Virus record (IMG/VR): IMGVR_UViG_3300022689_000130
Location: 32,001 to 96,000 of that record
From: a virus
DNA length: 64,000 bases
Reading direction: 5' to 3' (one strand)
Part shown: positions 54,735 to 64,000 of the stretch, in pieces
Position numbering within the stretch: the first letter of the stretch is position 1
Layout: the number at the start of each line of letters is the position of its first letter
The notes under the pieces: model-generated
Told to the model about the DNA's origin: nothing
The model's database searches: none
The model's input: the letters and a program-made list of their open reading frames with translations, nothing else
Translations under genes and position numbers: made by a program

Positions 54735-55021
54735 TGGCATTTAAAAGAACTAGCAATTTGCGAGCAACTCCAGTAATTGATGGATATTTGGATATCTACA
54801 ATCCTCCGATTATACCAGATTTTAATCAAACTGAAATTGTGGAAATTACACAAAAATATAACCGCCGCCCAGATCTTTTAGCTTACGATTTGTATGGCGA
54901 AGCACGTCTTTGGTGGTTATTCGCGCTCTACAATAAAAATGCAATTGTCGATCCAATAAATGATTTTACAACTGGGACTAGCATTGTGGTCCCACTGCGT
55001 AGCTTCGTGACAGGAATCTAA
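54734..55021 (+). CDS. gp53: Baseplate wedge protein (gp53-like, LysM-like)
   Basis: RPDLLAYDLYGEARLWWLFA..N. Confidence 0.85.
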   Translation: MAFKRTSNLRATPVIDGYLDIYNPPIIPDFNQTEIVEITQKYNRRPDLLAYDLYGEARLWWLFALYNKNAIVDPINDFTTGTSIVVPLRSFVTGI

Positions 55022-57081
55022 TGACCAATTTTCTTTCAAATGCTCTCAATGAATATGAGACGTACACTTACAATATCAAACTTTGGCAAGTAGACCCAAG
55101 AGATTTTGGCCAAGGCGACAATTTAATCAAAACCGAACGAGCGATTTTGATTGCTGATAATGCGCGGCTCGCTGAATACAACATCGTTGATATGGAGCAA
55201 GTATTTACAGTCGGACACGGCCAGGTGCGCGAAGCCTTTGGTAACACTTTTCGTTTAACAGTCAATGAACCCAACGGTGTCACATTGCTCAGCACAATAA
55301 AAGGTGCAAGCATTAACTTAGGAATCAATAATCATTTACAGGCTGGTTATTTAATTGAGGTCGAGTTCAATGGACGGGTTGCAGACGGTACAGCTAAAAA
55401 ATTTCCACAAAAGTTCTACTACACTGGTAAAATTACTGATTTTACATTTCGCATTGATGAAGGTGGCAGCACATACACCATTGAAATTGTCGAACAAAGC
55501 GCAATTGGCTACCAGTATCTTAAAAATCGTGTGCCTGGACAAGTAACCGTGGTGGCGCAAACGGTTGGTGAATTTTTTTCAGAGTTTGAAAGATTGATCA
55601 ACGAAACAATGATTGACCTTTGGGTTGCGAATCCCACTGCCCAGCAATATCCGACACAATATCGATTTGAATTTGATGAAACGACTGAAAGCTGGCGGGA
55701 TTGGCGTTTTCAAGTCTTAGATGAAGCACTCACTGTCAGCGGGATTGAGTTCGTTGGTGCACCAGGGCAAGACCCATCATTGCAGATTAGTGTTCCTAAT
55801 GGCACACAAATGACCACGGTGTTTAGCTATGTATTGCAGCTTACAGAAGAATATAAACGGATACTAGTTGAACAACGGGGATTCAGTCGCGAAGTCTATG
55901 CCCGTAGTCAGCCTAATTCGCGAGTAGATGATGTTGAGTTAGATAGCTTGCCTGTATTCATGAAAGTGCTCAGTAACATTGAGTATGGCGAGTTTGATCT
56001 TTTCGCGCAAGACTACGCTCATAACATTGTATACCGGCTTAAAGCATATACTGTAACTGATCTGGTTCTCGATGCAGACGTTTATTCACGAGGTATTACA
56101 AGTCAAAGCATTCAGAGCCGACGAGTAAGCAATATTGTAGCTGGTGGCTATCTGCGTAAGCGTTATGATTATACGTTTACTGGCCGTAACACAGAAATTC
56201 TCAATTTGGATATGGATTTTAATTATGCTTACTACCAGATTTTGCCGTTCGGAGAAGGTTATTTTGGTGATCCAAGGGTGCAAGGCCCGCGGTTATTGCA
56301 AGACCAGCCAGAAATTCAAGGACGACTGGAGGCTATTGCCAGAGACACGCAAGCCGTTGCAGACGCTCAGCGACAGCTAAACACGTTTCGTAATGAAGGA
56401 CAACCAGAAAATATTATCCAAGCATCTGCAGGAGAACTAGCCAACTTACGGCTCTCCCTTAATCAGACAATTGAAAACGAAACAGCACAATTGCGTGAAC
56501 AATACGGACTCACTGATCAGCAAATCGCAATGCCACTTCGCTGGGTTCAAGATGTTATCGGTGGTCAAGAAACCAATAGTAGTGACAACGATGAAAATAG
56601 TGGTGCATTAAAATTCGGCGGGGTGAGAGTCAACTTGGAAAGCTCGGCCGATTTCCACACAATCGAAATGGAGATACGCGGAGATCCATATTGGATGGGG
56701 AAGCCAAATAGTTTTCGTCAAGCCGAAAATAACGTTGAAGACTTAGCAGATTACGAAGCTGGTTCAATCAATTTCTTCTTGGTCATTAATTTCCCCACGG
56801 CCGAAGAAGACAGTTCAGGAAGGCGAGCGCCCAATCCAGATTATCAACTCAGCGGACTTTATCGCGTCATCAGTGTGATTAATCGTTTTCGTAACGGTCA
56901 GTTCGTGCAATATCTAGAAGCAACACGTGATCTAGGAACAAATATTCAGTCTGCCTGGGAAGCGTTGGCTGGTGATGATAACGTCGCCCGCGCCACGGAA
57001 GATTCAAGGCGGAGAGCTAATCAGCGTGATCTGGCCCAAGAACAGGACGAAAGTTATCGAAGAGCAGCAGGAATTGAATAA
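55021..57081 (+). CDS. Baseplate hub protein (gp27-like)
   Basis: EIRGDPYW, SGLYRVISVINRF..GQFVQYL; precedes gp5. Confidence 0.75.
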   Translation: MTNFLSNALNEYETYTYNIKLWQVDPRDFGQGDNLIKTERAILIADNARLAEYNIVDMEQVFTVGHGQVREAFGNTFRLTVNEPNGVTLLSTIKGASINLGINNHLQAGYLIEVEFNGRVADGTAKKFPQKFYYTGKITDFTFRIDEGGSTYTIEIVEQSAIGYQYLKNRVPGQVTVVAQTVGEFFSEFERLINETMIDLWVANPTAQQYPTQYRFEFDETTESWRDWRFQVLDEALTVSGIEFVGAPGQDPSLQISVPNGTQMTTVFSYVLQLTEEYKRILVEQRGFSREVYARSQPNSRVDDVELDSLPVFMKVLSNIEYGEFDLFAQDYAHNIVYRLKAYTVTDLVLDADVYSRGITSQSIQSRRVSNIVAGGYLRKRYDYTFTGRNTEILNLDMDFNYAYYQILPFGEGYFGDPRVQGPRLLQDQPEIQGRLEAIARDTQAVADAQRQLNTFRNEGQPENIIQASAGELANLRLSLNQTIENETAQLREQYGLTDQQIAMPLRWVQDVIGGQETNSSDNDENSGALKFGGVRVNLESSADFHTIEMEIRGDPYWMGKPNSFRQAENNVEDLADYEAGSINFFLVINFPTAEEDSSGRRAPNPDYQLSGLYRVISVINRFRNGQFVQYLEATRDLGTNIQSAWEALAGDDNVARATEDSRRRANQRDLAQEQDESYRRAAGIE

Positions 57082-58832
57082 TGGCACTTAATCGTAATAT
57101 TGACAAATATACTAAACAAGTACGCCCAGCCTATAATCAAAATGAAATAGACGGCGGACTTAAGATTCCTACTGGTGTTTACCGTGGCACTGTTGTTGAC
57201 ACAAATGATCCAAACCGTGAGGGACGGGTCAAAGTGCAGGTTGCCCGGTTCTACGGCACATTCACGCCTGGTCAATCAACAGGAACAAATGTGGACCCAG
57301 AAAGCTACAAGGGCGCGATGTGGTGCCGAACGTTGCTATCACAAGGCGGAACCACTCCACCAGCAGAAGGACCAAACGGCACAGTTAGCCAAAACTCATA
57401 TGGTATAACTGGTCAACCTCCTAGTCTTAACAACGAAGTCTTGGTGGCATTTGGAGAAGACTTACACAGTGGTATTGTGCTGGGTGTGCTACCCGACCCA
57501 CAAAAGATTAGAGGCATTAATGGTGCTGGTGTAACTCGGCAAACGGCAAGCGGTGAGACAACTATTGGCCAAGAAATTTCTAGAACTAATTCATCACTTG
57601 ACGATTTACCAGATGAGCACCCGCAAGCAGAAGCCTTGCGTAATCAAGGACTAGATCGTGACCGTATTCGTGGTCAAAATTTTTCAAGTCCTACGCGAGA
57701 TCCTAGTTCGCGTACTATGGGTATGTCTACTCCAGCCGGCCACGCTATTACACTAGACGACGGTAGTCTTGAAGATGGCGATCAGTTAGGTATGCGTCTT
57801 CGCACTGCAGGCGGCGCACAAATACTCATGGATGATACAAATGGTCTTACATATATTATCAACCGCGAGGGTAATGTATGGATCGAAATGAACCGTAACG
57901 GTGATCTTGACATTTACGCTGGCAATTCTATTAATATGCATACACAAGGAGACTTCAACCTTCACTGTGGCGGCAGTTTCAACCTACAAACAGGTAACGA
58001 TATCAATATGAGAGCGTTGGGTGGTATTAAATATCAAGCGGTAGCTGGCCCCTTTGACATCACCAGCGGCGCCAACTTAAACCTCACCGCCGACGGCAAT
58101 GGTAATGTTAGTGTTGCTGGAAATTATCGAGAAACTGCGGCACGTATTGACATGAATGGTCCTGCAGCTGAAGTTGCCGCGCAACCTCAGACAACTCAAC
58201 TTACTGGGAATACCAACGTGACAGAAAGCGTGAGCCGTCGCGTTCCTGAATCAGAGCCATGGGCTGGGCATTTAGATGTTAGTGTGCTTGATACTTCTTC
58301 AGCGAGTGGTGCTGTGGCTCAAGGTGAAAGTGACAGTTACTATTATGGTAGCCCGACCGATTTCAGCAGCTACAATGACCAAACTGGCAGCTTTGACCTT
58401 AACAATTTCCCTCCAAGCACAGGTGGTAATTTTATAAGCTTTACAGGAAATGTAGACCGCCGTATTGATCCAGATTTGCTGAGCAAAGTAGAAGAAGTTG
58501 CTCGGCGATTTGGCAGACCTCTTACAATTACAAGTGGATTTCGTTCACCAAGTTACAACGCAAGGGTTGGCGGGGCTAGACGTAGCCAACACCAATTAGG
58601 CCGCGCTGTAGACATTTCGGGTAGTGGCTTGACGAATCAGGACCGCTTGGATCTTATAGCAATTGCTAGTTCTATTGGCATAAAAGGAATCGGTGTTTAC
58701 AATGGAGGCAGCTTGCATTTTGATAATCGTGATGGGGCAAGAGCAGGATGGGGTAGCGATTACACCAGTCGCAGTATTCCTAGCTATGCAGTCGCCACTC
58801 TCAATAAACATCGAAGTGGAGGATTTGCATGA
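57081..58832 (+). CDS. gp5: Baseplate central spike (gp5-like) with C-terminal M15 Zn-peptidase
   Basis: OB-fold DPNREGRVKV, beta-helix repeats, RVPESEPWAGH, ITSGFRS...SQH..GRAVDI...LHFD. Confidence 0.88.
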   Translation: MALNRNIDKYTKQVRPAYNQNEIDGGLKIPTGVYRGTVVDTNDPNREGRVKVQVARFYGTFTPGQSTGTNVDPESYKGAMWCRTLLSQGGTTPPAEGPNGTVSQNSYGITGQPPSLNNEVLVAFGEDLHSGIVLGVLPDPQKIRGINGAGVTRQTASGETTIGQEISRTNSSLDDLPDEHPQAEALRNQGLDRDRIRGQNFSSPTRDPSSRTMGMSTPAGHAITLDDGSLEDGDQLGMRLRTAGGAQILMDDTNGLTYIINREGNVWIEMNRNGDLDIYAGNSINMHTQGDFNLHCGGSFNLQTGNDINMRALGGIKYQAVAGPFDITSGANLNLTADGNGNVSVAGNYRETAARIDMNGPAAEVAAQPQTTQLTGNTNVTESVSRRVPESEPWAGHLDVSVLDTSSASGAVAQGESDSYYYGSPTDFSSYNDQTGSFDLNNFPPSTGGNFISFTGNVDRRIDPDLLSKVEEVARRFGRPLTITSGFRSPSYNARVGGARRSQHQLGRAVDISGSGLTNQDRLDLIAIASSIGIKGIGVYNGGSLHFDNRDGARAGWGSDYTSRSIPSYAVATLNKHRSGGFA

Positions 58833-59545
58833 CGCAATTACGTTTGGTGGAAGCTGGCCGCCGTATCCAATGGGATACATTTCAAGTTCAAGACGAGTAT
58901 GCAACTCAGTTTCGTATCAATGTGGGTATTGCAATTGTAAGCGAAAGCATGACCGACCTCATGTTAAGTTACAAGACATGGTCGGGTATTCGGTATCTTA
59001 ACGAAGATGGAGAATATGAGATAGGATATGGTGTAGGAGATCCAGATAGTCGTCAAGGCTACACTGAAGAGCAAGCATATGGAGAATGGATTAGTTTTGT
59101 GCGAAATCGACAGCAAAGCCTTCGCAACCAGCTTCCTGTTGTAGCAATCACCCAGGCAGCGTATGACGCATTACTCAGCCTTTACATTGATACTGGCACT
59201 TGGAGAACAGTAGTGGCTGAAGAAGGCACATATGATCTCGCGGATGCTGTAAAAAATTCTAACTGGTTACTTGTTGCAGACATAATTTCACGTGGAATCG
59301 TCAATCCTGATCTGCGCCGCGCCGAAGCAGGCGTTGTGCAGCTTGGCGCTTATCCTACATTCAAAACAAGACGTCAGCAGCGCACACAAGGCGTGCAAGA
59401 ACTGCGTAAGCGTTACATCAACGGACTAACTAACGAATTTGAACGGACTCAGGCTGAGTTCGTTTATTACCGCCAATTGGGAATTTTCTTGCCAGGCATG
59501 AGTCAACTTCGTCAGCGCCGTGTCGTGGCTCAAGCTTTGACTTGA
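58829..59545 (+). CDS. Lysozyme-fold baseplate protein (degenerate)
   Basis: IGYG, ITQAAYDALLSL, LRRAEA motifs of GH24; catalytic Glu not evident. Confidence 0.6.
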   Translation: MTQLRLVEAGRRIQWDTFQVQDEYATQFRINVGIAIVSESMTDLMLSYKTWSGIRYLNEDGEYEIGYGVGDPDSRQGYTEEQAYGEWISFVRNRQQSLRNQLPVVAITQAAYDALLSLYIDTGTWRTVVAEEGTYDLADAVKNSNWLLVADIISRGIVNPDLRRAEAGVVQLGAYPTFKTRRQQRTQGVQELRKRYINGLTNEFERTQAEFVYYRQLGIFLPGMSQLRQRRVVAQALT

Positions 59546-59546
59546 A

Positions 59547-59719
59547 TTATGACACAATCTTTGCTTTGGGGGCAACTGCGGCGACCTCTGCAAGCAGGCT
59601 TTTTTCGTTTTGAAGTTGGAAATCCAGCTACGGAACAGAACGCCGTCCAGCTCAAGGTCAGCAGTCCAAGGCCGGCTCGAAGTCCAGTTGTCTTTGCGAA
59701 TGTGAATGCAAACTTTCAT
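59547..59719 (-). pseudogene. Small early gene on the opposite strand inside the baseplate operon, with an apparent 1-nt frameshift
   Basis: MKVCIHIRK...NFKTKK continues in the -1 frame as LLAEVAAVAPKAKIVS-stop; shared early promoter. Confidence 0.6.
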
Positions 59720-59776
59720 ATGTCTTGTCTCCTTTGCTTACAATACCAATATAAGCAAAATGCCTTGGTTTGTCAA
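59720..59776 (-). promoter_or_regulatory. Early promoter with shared leader
   Basis: TTGACA-AACCAAGGCATTTTGCT-TATATT-N6-GTAAGCAAAGGAGA. Confidence 0.85.
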
Positions 59777-59823
59777 CAACTATTTTCAAAAATACGTAGT
59801 TTTTCTAGGACATAAATATTATT

Positions 59824-60189
59824 ATGGCAACTTTCGTAGGATTTTCCACATTTGGTAAACGCACTGGTACTCGTAATTTAGAGGATAAGGAGTTGGCCAA
59901 GCGTGATCTGCTTAATAATTTTTATACCCGTCGGGGAGAACGTCTGGGTGAACCAGAGTTTGGTAGTATACTCCCAGAGCTAGTATTTGAGCAATTTGAC
60001 CAACTTGTGATTGATGCAGCAGATGAAGATGTTCGTCGGATTATTGATCTAGACCCTCGGTGGAGGCTCATTGATTATCAAATTGATACTGGTGAAAATG
60101 AACTCACCATTGAAGTTCAACTTCAATATGTTCCAGACCTAAGTAACGATACGTTGCTTCTTGAATACACAGGCACAGAAGAGATTTAA
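59824..60189 (+). CDS. gp25: Baseplate wedge subunit (gp25-like)
   Basis: DLLNNFYTRRGERLGEPEFGS...FEQ...DPR. Confidence 0.92.
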   Translation: MATFVGFSTFGKRTGTRNLEDKELAKRDLLNNFYTRRGERLGEPEFGSILPELVFEQFDQLVIDAADEDVRRIIDLDPRWRLIDYQIDTGENELTIEVQLQYVPDLSNDTLLLEYTGTEEI

Positions 60190-60190
60190 C

Positions 60191-63100
60191 ATGGCCCAAA
60201 GCGTAAGACAAAGAAATCTATTTTCAGCTGAAGATTTCCGATTGATTTATGACAGCTTCAAACAGGCAAACTTCCAAGCTTATGACTACGATTCAATACG
60301 TGGTGCATTGGTTGATTACGTCAAGCAACAATATCCAGAAAATTTCAACGACTGGATTCAATCAAGTGAGTTTGTTGCATTAATCGAGACCTTAGCATTC
60401 CTCGCACACAGTTTAGCATTTCGTATTGATCAGGCTGGACGAGAGAACTTTCTAAGTACCGCTGAGCGCCGCGCGAGTATTTTGCGCATTGCAGACTTTC
60501 TAGGCTACACACCAACACGTCATCAGCCAGCGCGCGGCGAGCTAAAAGTTGTCAGTATTCGCACGACTCAAGACGTCTTTGATATAAACGGCAACTCACT
60601 TAAGAATAAGAGCGTGGATTTTGAAGATGATTTCCAGAACTTCTTGCTAGTTATGAACTCAGTACTCAGTGAAAATAACAAGTTTGGTCGCCCAACTAGC
60701 AGTATTCGGATTGGAAATATCAAGAATGATATCTATGCGACAAATATCGCACCAGGCCGTGATGTAGTGTTTTCATTTAATGGCGAAGTTAATGGTGCTC
60801 GTAGACCATTTGAAGTGCATGGTTTAGAGATCAATCAAGCCACTAAATCATTGCAAGAAAGTGAACCTAACCCAGAAGACAGTTTTGATCTTGTCTATAA
60901 AAATGACGGGCAAGGTTTAGGAAGTAACAATACCGGGTTTTTTGTGGGCTTCAAACAAGGCTCTTTACAGTTCAACGATGTAAATGCTGATAGCGCGATT
61001 AGTAACCTAATAATCGATATTGGCACAACCAATGTCAATAACAATGATGTTTGGGTTCAAGAAATCAATAATGATGGACAAGTGCAAGAAACCTGGACCA
61101 AGGTTGACAGTAGTTTTGGTGCCAACACCGTGTTTAACAATATTCGCCAAGACAATCGTAAGCTTTACACAGTTAAAACTGTTGAAGATGATAATATCAA
61201 CGTGGTATTTGGTGATGGCGTATTTAGCGACATACCGAACGGCCTAATAAGAATCTGGTATCGCAATGGATTGAATCAGACATACACACTCGATCCAGAA
61301 GACATTGGCACTGCAACGTTTGGATTCAAATACAATGCTGCCGATAATAACACGTATACAGTAACATTTACCTTAGAATTGCAAGAGCCTGTCACAAATG
61401 CAGCGGCGCAGGAATCAGTCACTAGTATCAAAAATAATGCCGGCAGAGTTTTTGCAGCGCAGGACCGTCTGATTACTGCCGAAGATTACTCTGCATACCC
61501 TCTAAGTGTTAGTGAAAATGTTAAAAAAATCAAAGCTATCAATCGCACTTATGCAGGCCATAGTCGCTTTATCAAACCACAGGATCCAACCGGCCAATAC
61601 CAAAGTGTTGATATGTTGGCTGATGACGGTTATATCTACAGTGAGCCTGTCAATTATCGAACAACCCTGCGTCTACCAAGCACACTTAACGCAGAACAAA
61701 TTTACGAACGTTATGTTGCTGATGTTATCAAGAATCCGGAAGTTATCAATTTATTTTACGACAAATTTGTAGAAACAGACATAGACTTTGAATTAGAATC
61801 TACTAGCTTTGAATGGCAGCAAATCACCAGTGGCTATCGCGGTTCAACTGGTTATTTTACACAGGACGGCGTGATCAAAAAAATTGGCAGCAACGCAACA
61901 ACAGATATGAATATTGCCCGGCCCGGTAGCATTGTTGAGTTTATTGAAACTCCGTATAACAACGGCACAATCGGCACAATCGGGCAAACTCTGCAGATTA
62001 TAAATGCAGGTAGCGGATACACTGCAACACCATTGGTCGAAATTTTAGGGACAGGCAATGGTGCAACAGCAGAAGCAACCATTGCCGGCGGTCAACTCTC
62101 GGCAGTTACAATCACAAATGGAGGCACTGGATATCAGAATCCAGTTGCAGTGAGAATTGTTGGCGGGGGCGGGACAGGTGCTGAAGTGGCAGCAACGGCT
62201 AGCAGTGCAACTCGAACTTGGGCTCGAGTGGTAGATGTTGTTCTCGACGGACAAGGAATCATTGATAGCAACGGTAATCCAACTGGACTTACAACCAGAG
62301 GCCAAGGAGCAGTTGTTCTGAATAAAGCAATTCCGAATACTGCAAGAGTTACTCGAGTTTTCCCAGCATATGCGACCCAATTTTCATTAGACGAGCGTGA
62401 CGCTATTATCACAGAAATTGAAGGACGTAATACATTTGGTTTACGTTTTGATGCTTTTGCAAGTGAATGGAAGATTGTCCGCGCGGGCGATCTTGCACCG
62501 ACAAACGAAAATAGTCCAAACTTCTTTAGCTTTGATAATGCAGGCAATACATCAAGCAGTAACCTTGATAATAGCTGGATAGTTCGCGTTGAATACACTG
62601 CAGACGCTTGGACAATTGTCACACGTCGCACACGTTATGTATTTGGTAGCGACGAACGCATTCGTTTCTACAATCAGAATGGCAACATGAGATTCAATAT
62701 TGAAACCAACAAACCAGAGCGTGATCGTATAATTGTTAAAGGAGTCAATACACGACCGAATGGCAACGGATTTTCAATTGGTAATGATCAGACATTTTTT
62801 GTTTACAAATATTACACTGAGCCTGACGGATACACAGATGGTCGTAAAGTAATCATTACAGTAGCCGATGTTGACAACGACAATTATCCAGACGATCCGT
62901 TAGCATTTAAGGATATAACTGGTGCAGATACAATCAATTTGAATACAATTTTCGAAGACGGATTCGCATATACTGTCCGTTCAGATACAGGAACGGCTGT
63001 GCCGGGCAGAGAATTTTTGGATTTCAAATGGAAACGAGTAAGCGCAAGCAATTATCGTATCGACCCGAGCCTCAGCAATATTATTGATGTATTCGTGCTC

Positions 63101-63619
63101 AATCAAAATTATGATAACAACTTTCGCAAGTGGATCGCTGATAGCCGCCAGGCAGCAACTCGTCCAGAACCGCCAGATGCAGTTGATCTTGAACGTCAGT
63201 TTGCCAGCTTGAATACTAAAAAAGCAATAAGTGATAGCATTGTATATCGGGCTGCGGAATATAAAGTTTTGTTTGGTGAACTCGCAGATGTTGAACTGCA
63301 AGGAAAATTTAGGGTGGTTAAGGTAGCAGGCACAACACTTACTGACAACGAAATCAAATCACGTATTCTAGCAATTATCAAAGATTTCTTCAATATCGAA
63401 AATTGGGATTTTGGTGAAATATTCTATTTTACTGAGTTGAGTGCATATATTCATCAGCAGATGCCAGGGGTAATAAGTAGCGTAGTAATCACCCCAATAC
63501 AATCTAATAGCAAATTCGGTGATTTATTCCAGGTCATTCCAGAAAGTAACGAGTTGTTCATCCCGGACGTAACACTACAAGACATTGAAATTGTCAACTC
63601 ATTAAATACATTAAGGTAA
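60191..63619 (+). CDS. gp6: Baseplate wedge subunit (gp6-like)
   Basis: YDYDSIR, ENFLSTAERR, FGDGVF, QDRLITAEDY, WDFGE. Confidence 0.9.
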   Translation: MAQSVRQRNLFSAEDFRLIYDSFKQANFQAYDYDSIRGALVDYVKQQYPENFNDWIQSSEFVALIETLAFLAHSLAFRIDQAGRENFLSTAERRASILRIADFLGYTPTRHQPARGELKVVSIRTTQDVFDINGNSLKNKSVDFEDDFQNFLLVMNSVLSENNKFGRPTSSIRIGNIKNDIYATNIAPGRDVVFSFNGEVNGARRPFEVHGLEINQATKSLQESEPNPEDSFDLVYKNDGQGLGSNNTGFFVGFKQGSLQFNDVNADSAISNLIIDIGTTNVNNNDVWVQEINNDGQVQETWTKVDSSFGANTVFNNIRQDNRKLYTVKTVEDDNINVVFGDGVFSDIPNGLIRIWYRNGLNQTYTLDPEDIGTATFGFKYNAADNNTYTVTFTLELQEPVTNAAAQESVTSIKNNAGRVFAAQDRLITAEDYSAYPLSVSENVKKIKAINRTYAGHSRFIKPQDPTGQYQSVDMLADDGYIYSEPVNYRTTLRLPSTLNAEQIYERYVADVIKNPEVINLFYDKFVETDIDFELESTSFEWQQITSGYRGSTGYFTQDGVIKKIGSNATTDMNIARPGSIVEFIETPYNNGTIGTIGQTLQIINAGSGYTATPLVEILGTGNGATAEATIAGGQLSAVTITNGGTGYQNPVAVRIVGGGGTGAEVAATASSATRTWARVVDVVLDGQGIIDSNGNPTGLTTRGQGAVVLNKAIPNTARVTRVFPAYATQFSLDERDAIITEIEGRNTFGLRFDAFASEWKIVRAGDLAPTNENSPNFFSFDNAGNTSSSNLDNSWIVRVEYTADAWTIVTRRTRYVFGSDERIRFYNQNGNMRFNIETNKPERDRIIVKGVNTRPNGNGFSIGNDQTFFVYKYYTEPDGYTDGRKVIITVADVDNDNYPDDPLAFKDITGADTINLNTIFEDGFAYTVRSDTGTAVPGREFLDFKWKRVSASNYRIDPSLSNIIDVFVLNQNYDNNFRKWIADSRQAATRPEPPDAVDLERQFASLNTKKAISDSIVYRAAEYKVLFGELADVELQGKFRVVKVAGTTLTDNEIKSRILAIIKDFFNIENWDFGEIFYFTELSAYIHQQMPGVISSVVITPIQSNSKFGDLFQVIPESNELFIPDVTLQDIEIVNSLNTLR

Positions 63620-63627
63620 ATTAATAA

Positions 63628-64000
63628 ATGGCAAACAAATATCGAGCCAATCCAAAAGACGTAAAAAACTTTACTCAGAGCTCTGAAATAAAGCTGTCAC
63701 AAGACTTTCAAGACTACAGTGAGTTTCTGCCGAATGTCAATCGCAGTGAATCATTGCAGAGATTCTTTGGTGCAACTGTCAATCAATTACTCAGCAGTGG
63801 ATCGACACAAAGCATTGATACCTATTGGGGGCGTCTCGCCGGCCGCAATTATAATCCAAACAGTGAGCTATTCAATCCAGAAACAGATGCTATACGCCTC
63901 AATTATCAATTTCAGCCTGGCACAGTGAGTAAGTCGGAAGGCGAAACACAACAAACTGTGAGCTATATCAATTGGCTTAAAAGACTTGAAAGCTTGGGGT
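63628..64000 (+). CDS. Large baseplate wedge protein (gp7-like), partial
   Basis: Open from ATG 63628 to the window end: SEFLPNVNRSESLQRFFGATVNQL...RLNYQFQPG. Confidence 0.7.
   Translation, partial: MANKYRANPKDVKNFTQSSEIKLSQDFQDYSEFLPNVNRSESLQRFFGATVNQLLSSGSTQSIDTYWGRLAGRNYNPNSELFNPETDAIRLNYQFQPGTVSKSEGETQQTVSYINWLKRLESLG

Noticed and set aside
63719-63928. Track ORF MSFCRMSIAV
   Set aside because: Out-of-frame overlap with the real gene, which is open from 63628 to the window end

Overview
The whole 64-kb window is part of the genome of a large T4-like (contractile-tailed) lytic bacteriophage; no host genes, rRNA, tRNA or CRISPR were seen. From left to right: a replication/recombination block (PhyH-like oxygenase, miniature DnaE-type polymerase, clamp-loader subunit, UvsW, AAA ATPase, UvsY, UvsX, gp32); head cargo genes and a terminase large subunit fractured by an atypically split intein with a free-standing endonuclease between the halves; tail tube and sheath genes flanking a three-gene MotA/ExbB-MotB/ExbD-like membrane module; dNMP kinase and small early genes sharing one promoter-plus-leader motif; neck and head genes (gp13, gp14, gp15, gp23, gp22, gp21, gp20); a tape-measure-like gene and gp26/gp51; a ~550-bp structured non-coding region; resolvase, gp46, gp47 and gp55; and the baseplate operon (gp48-like, gp53, hub, gp5 with M15 peptidase, gp25, gp6, start of a gp7-like gene). 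The most notable observations are: (1) a large, pseudoknotted minus-strand ncRNA candidate followed by GCGAAGC hairpins (48455-48960); (2) a capsid-cargo system of enzymes with T4 IP-like N-terminal tags, LxxLAG-motif proteins and a modular protease-cleavable polyprotein; (3) the Cat/AceL-type split intein in TerL; (4) a T-TTT-TTC -1 frameshift site joining gp26 to gp51; (5) the stator-like membrane module. All assignments come from motif recognition by eye, with no database searches.
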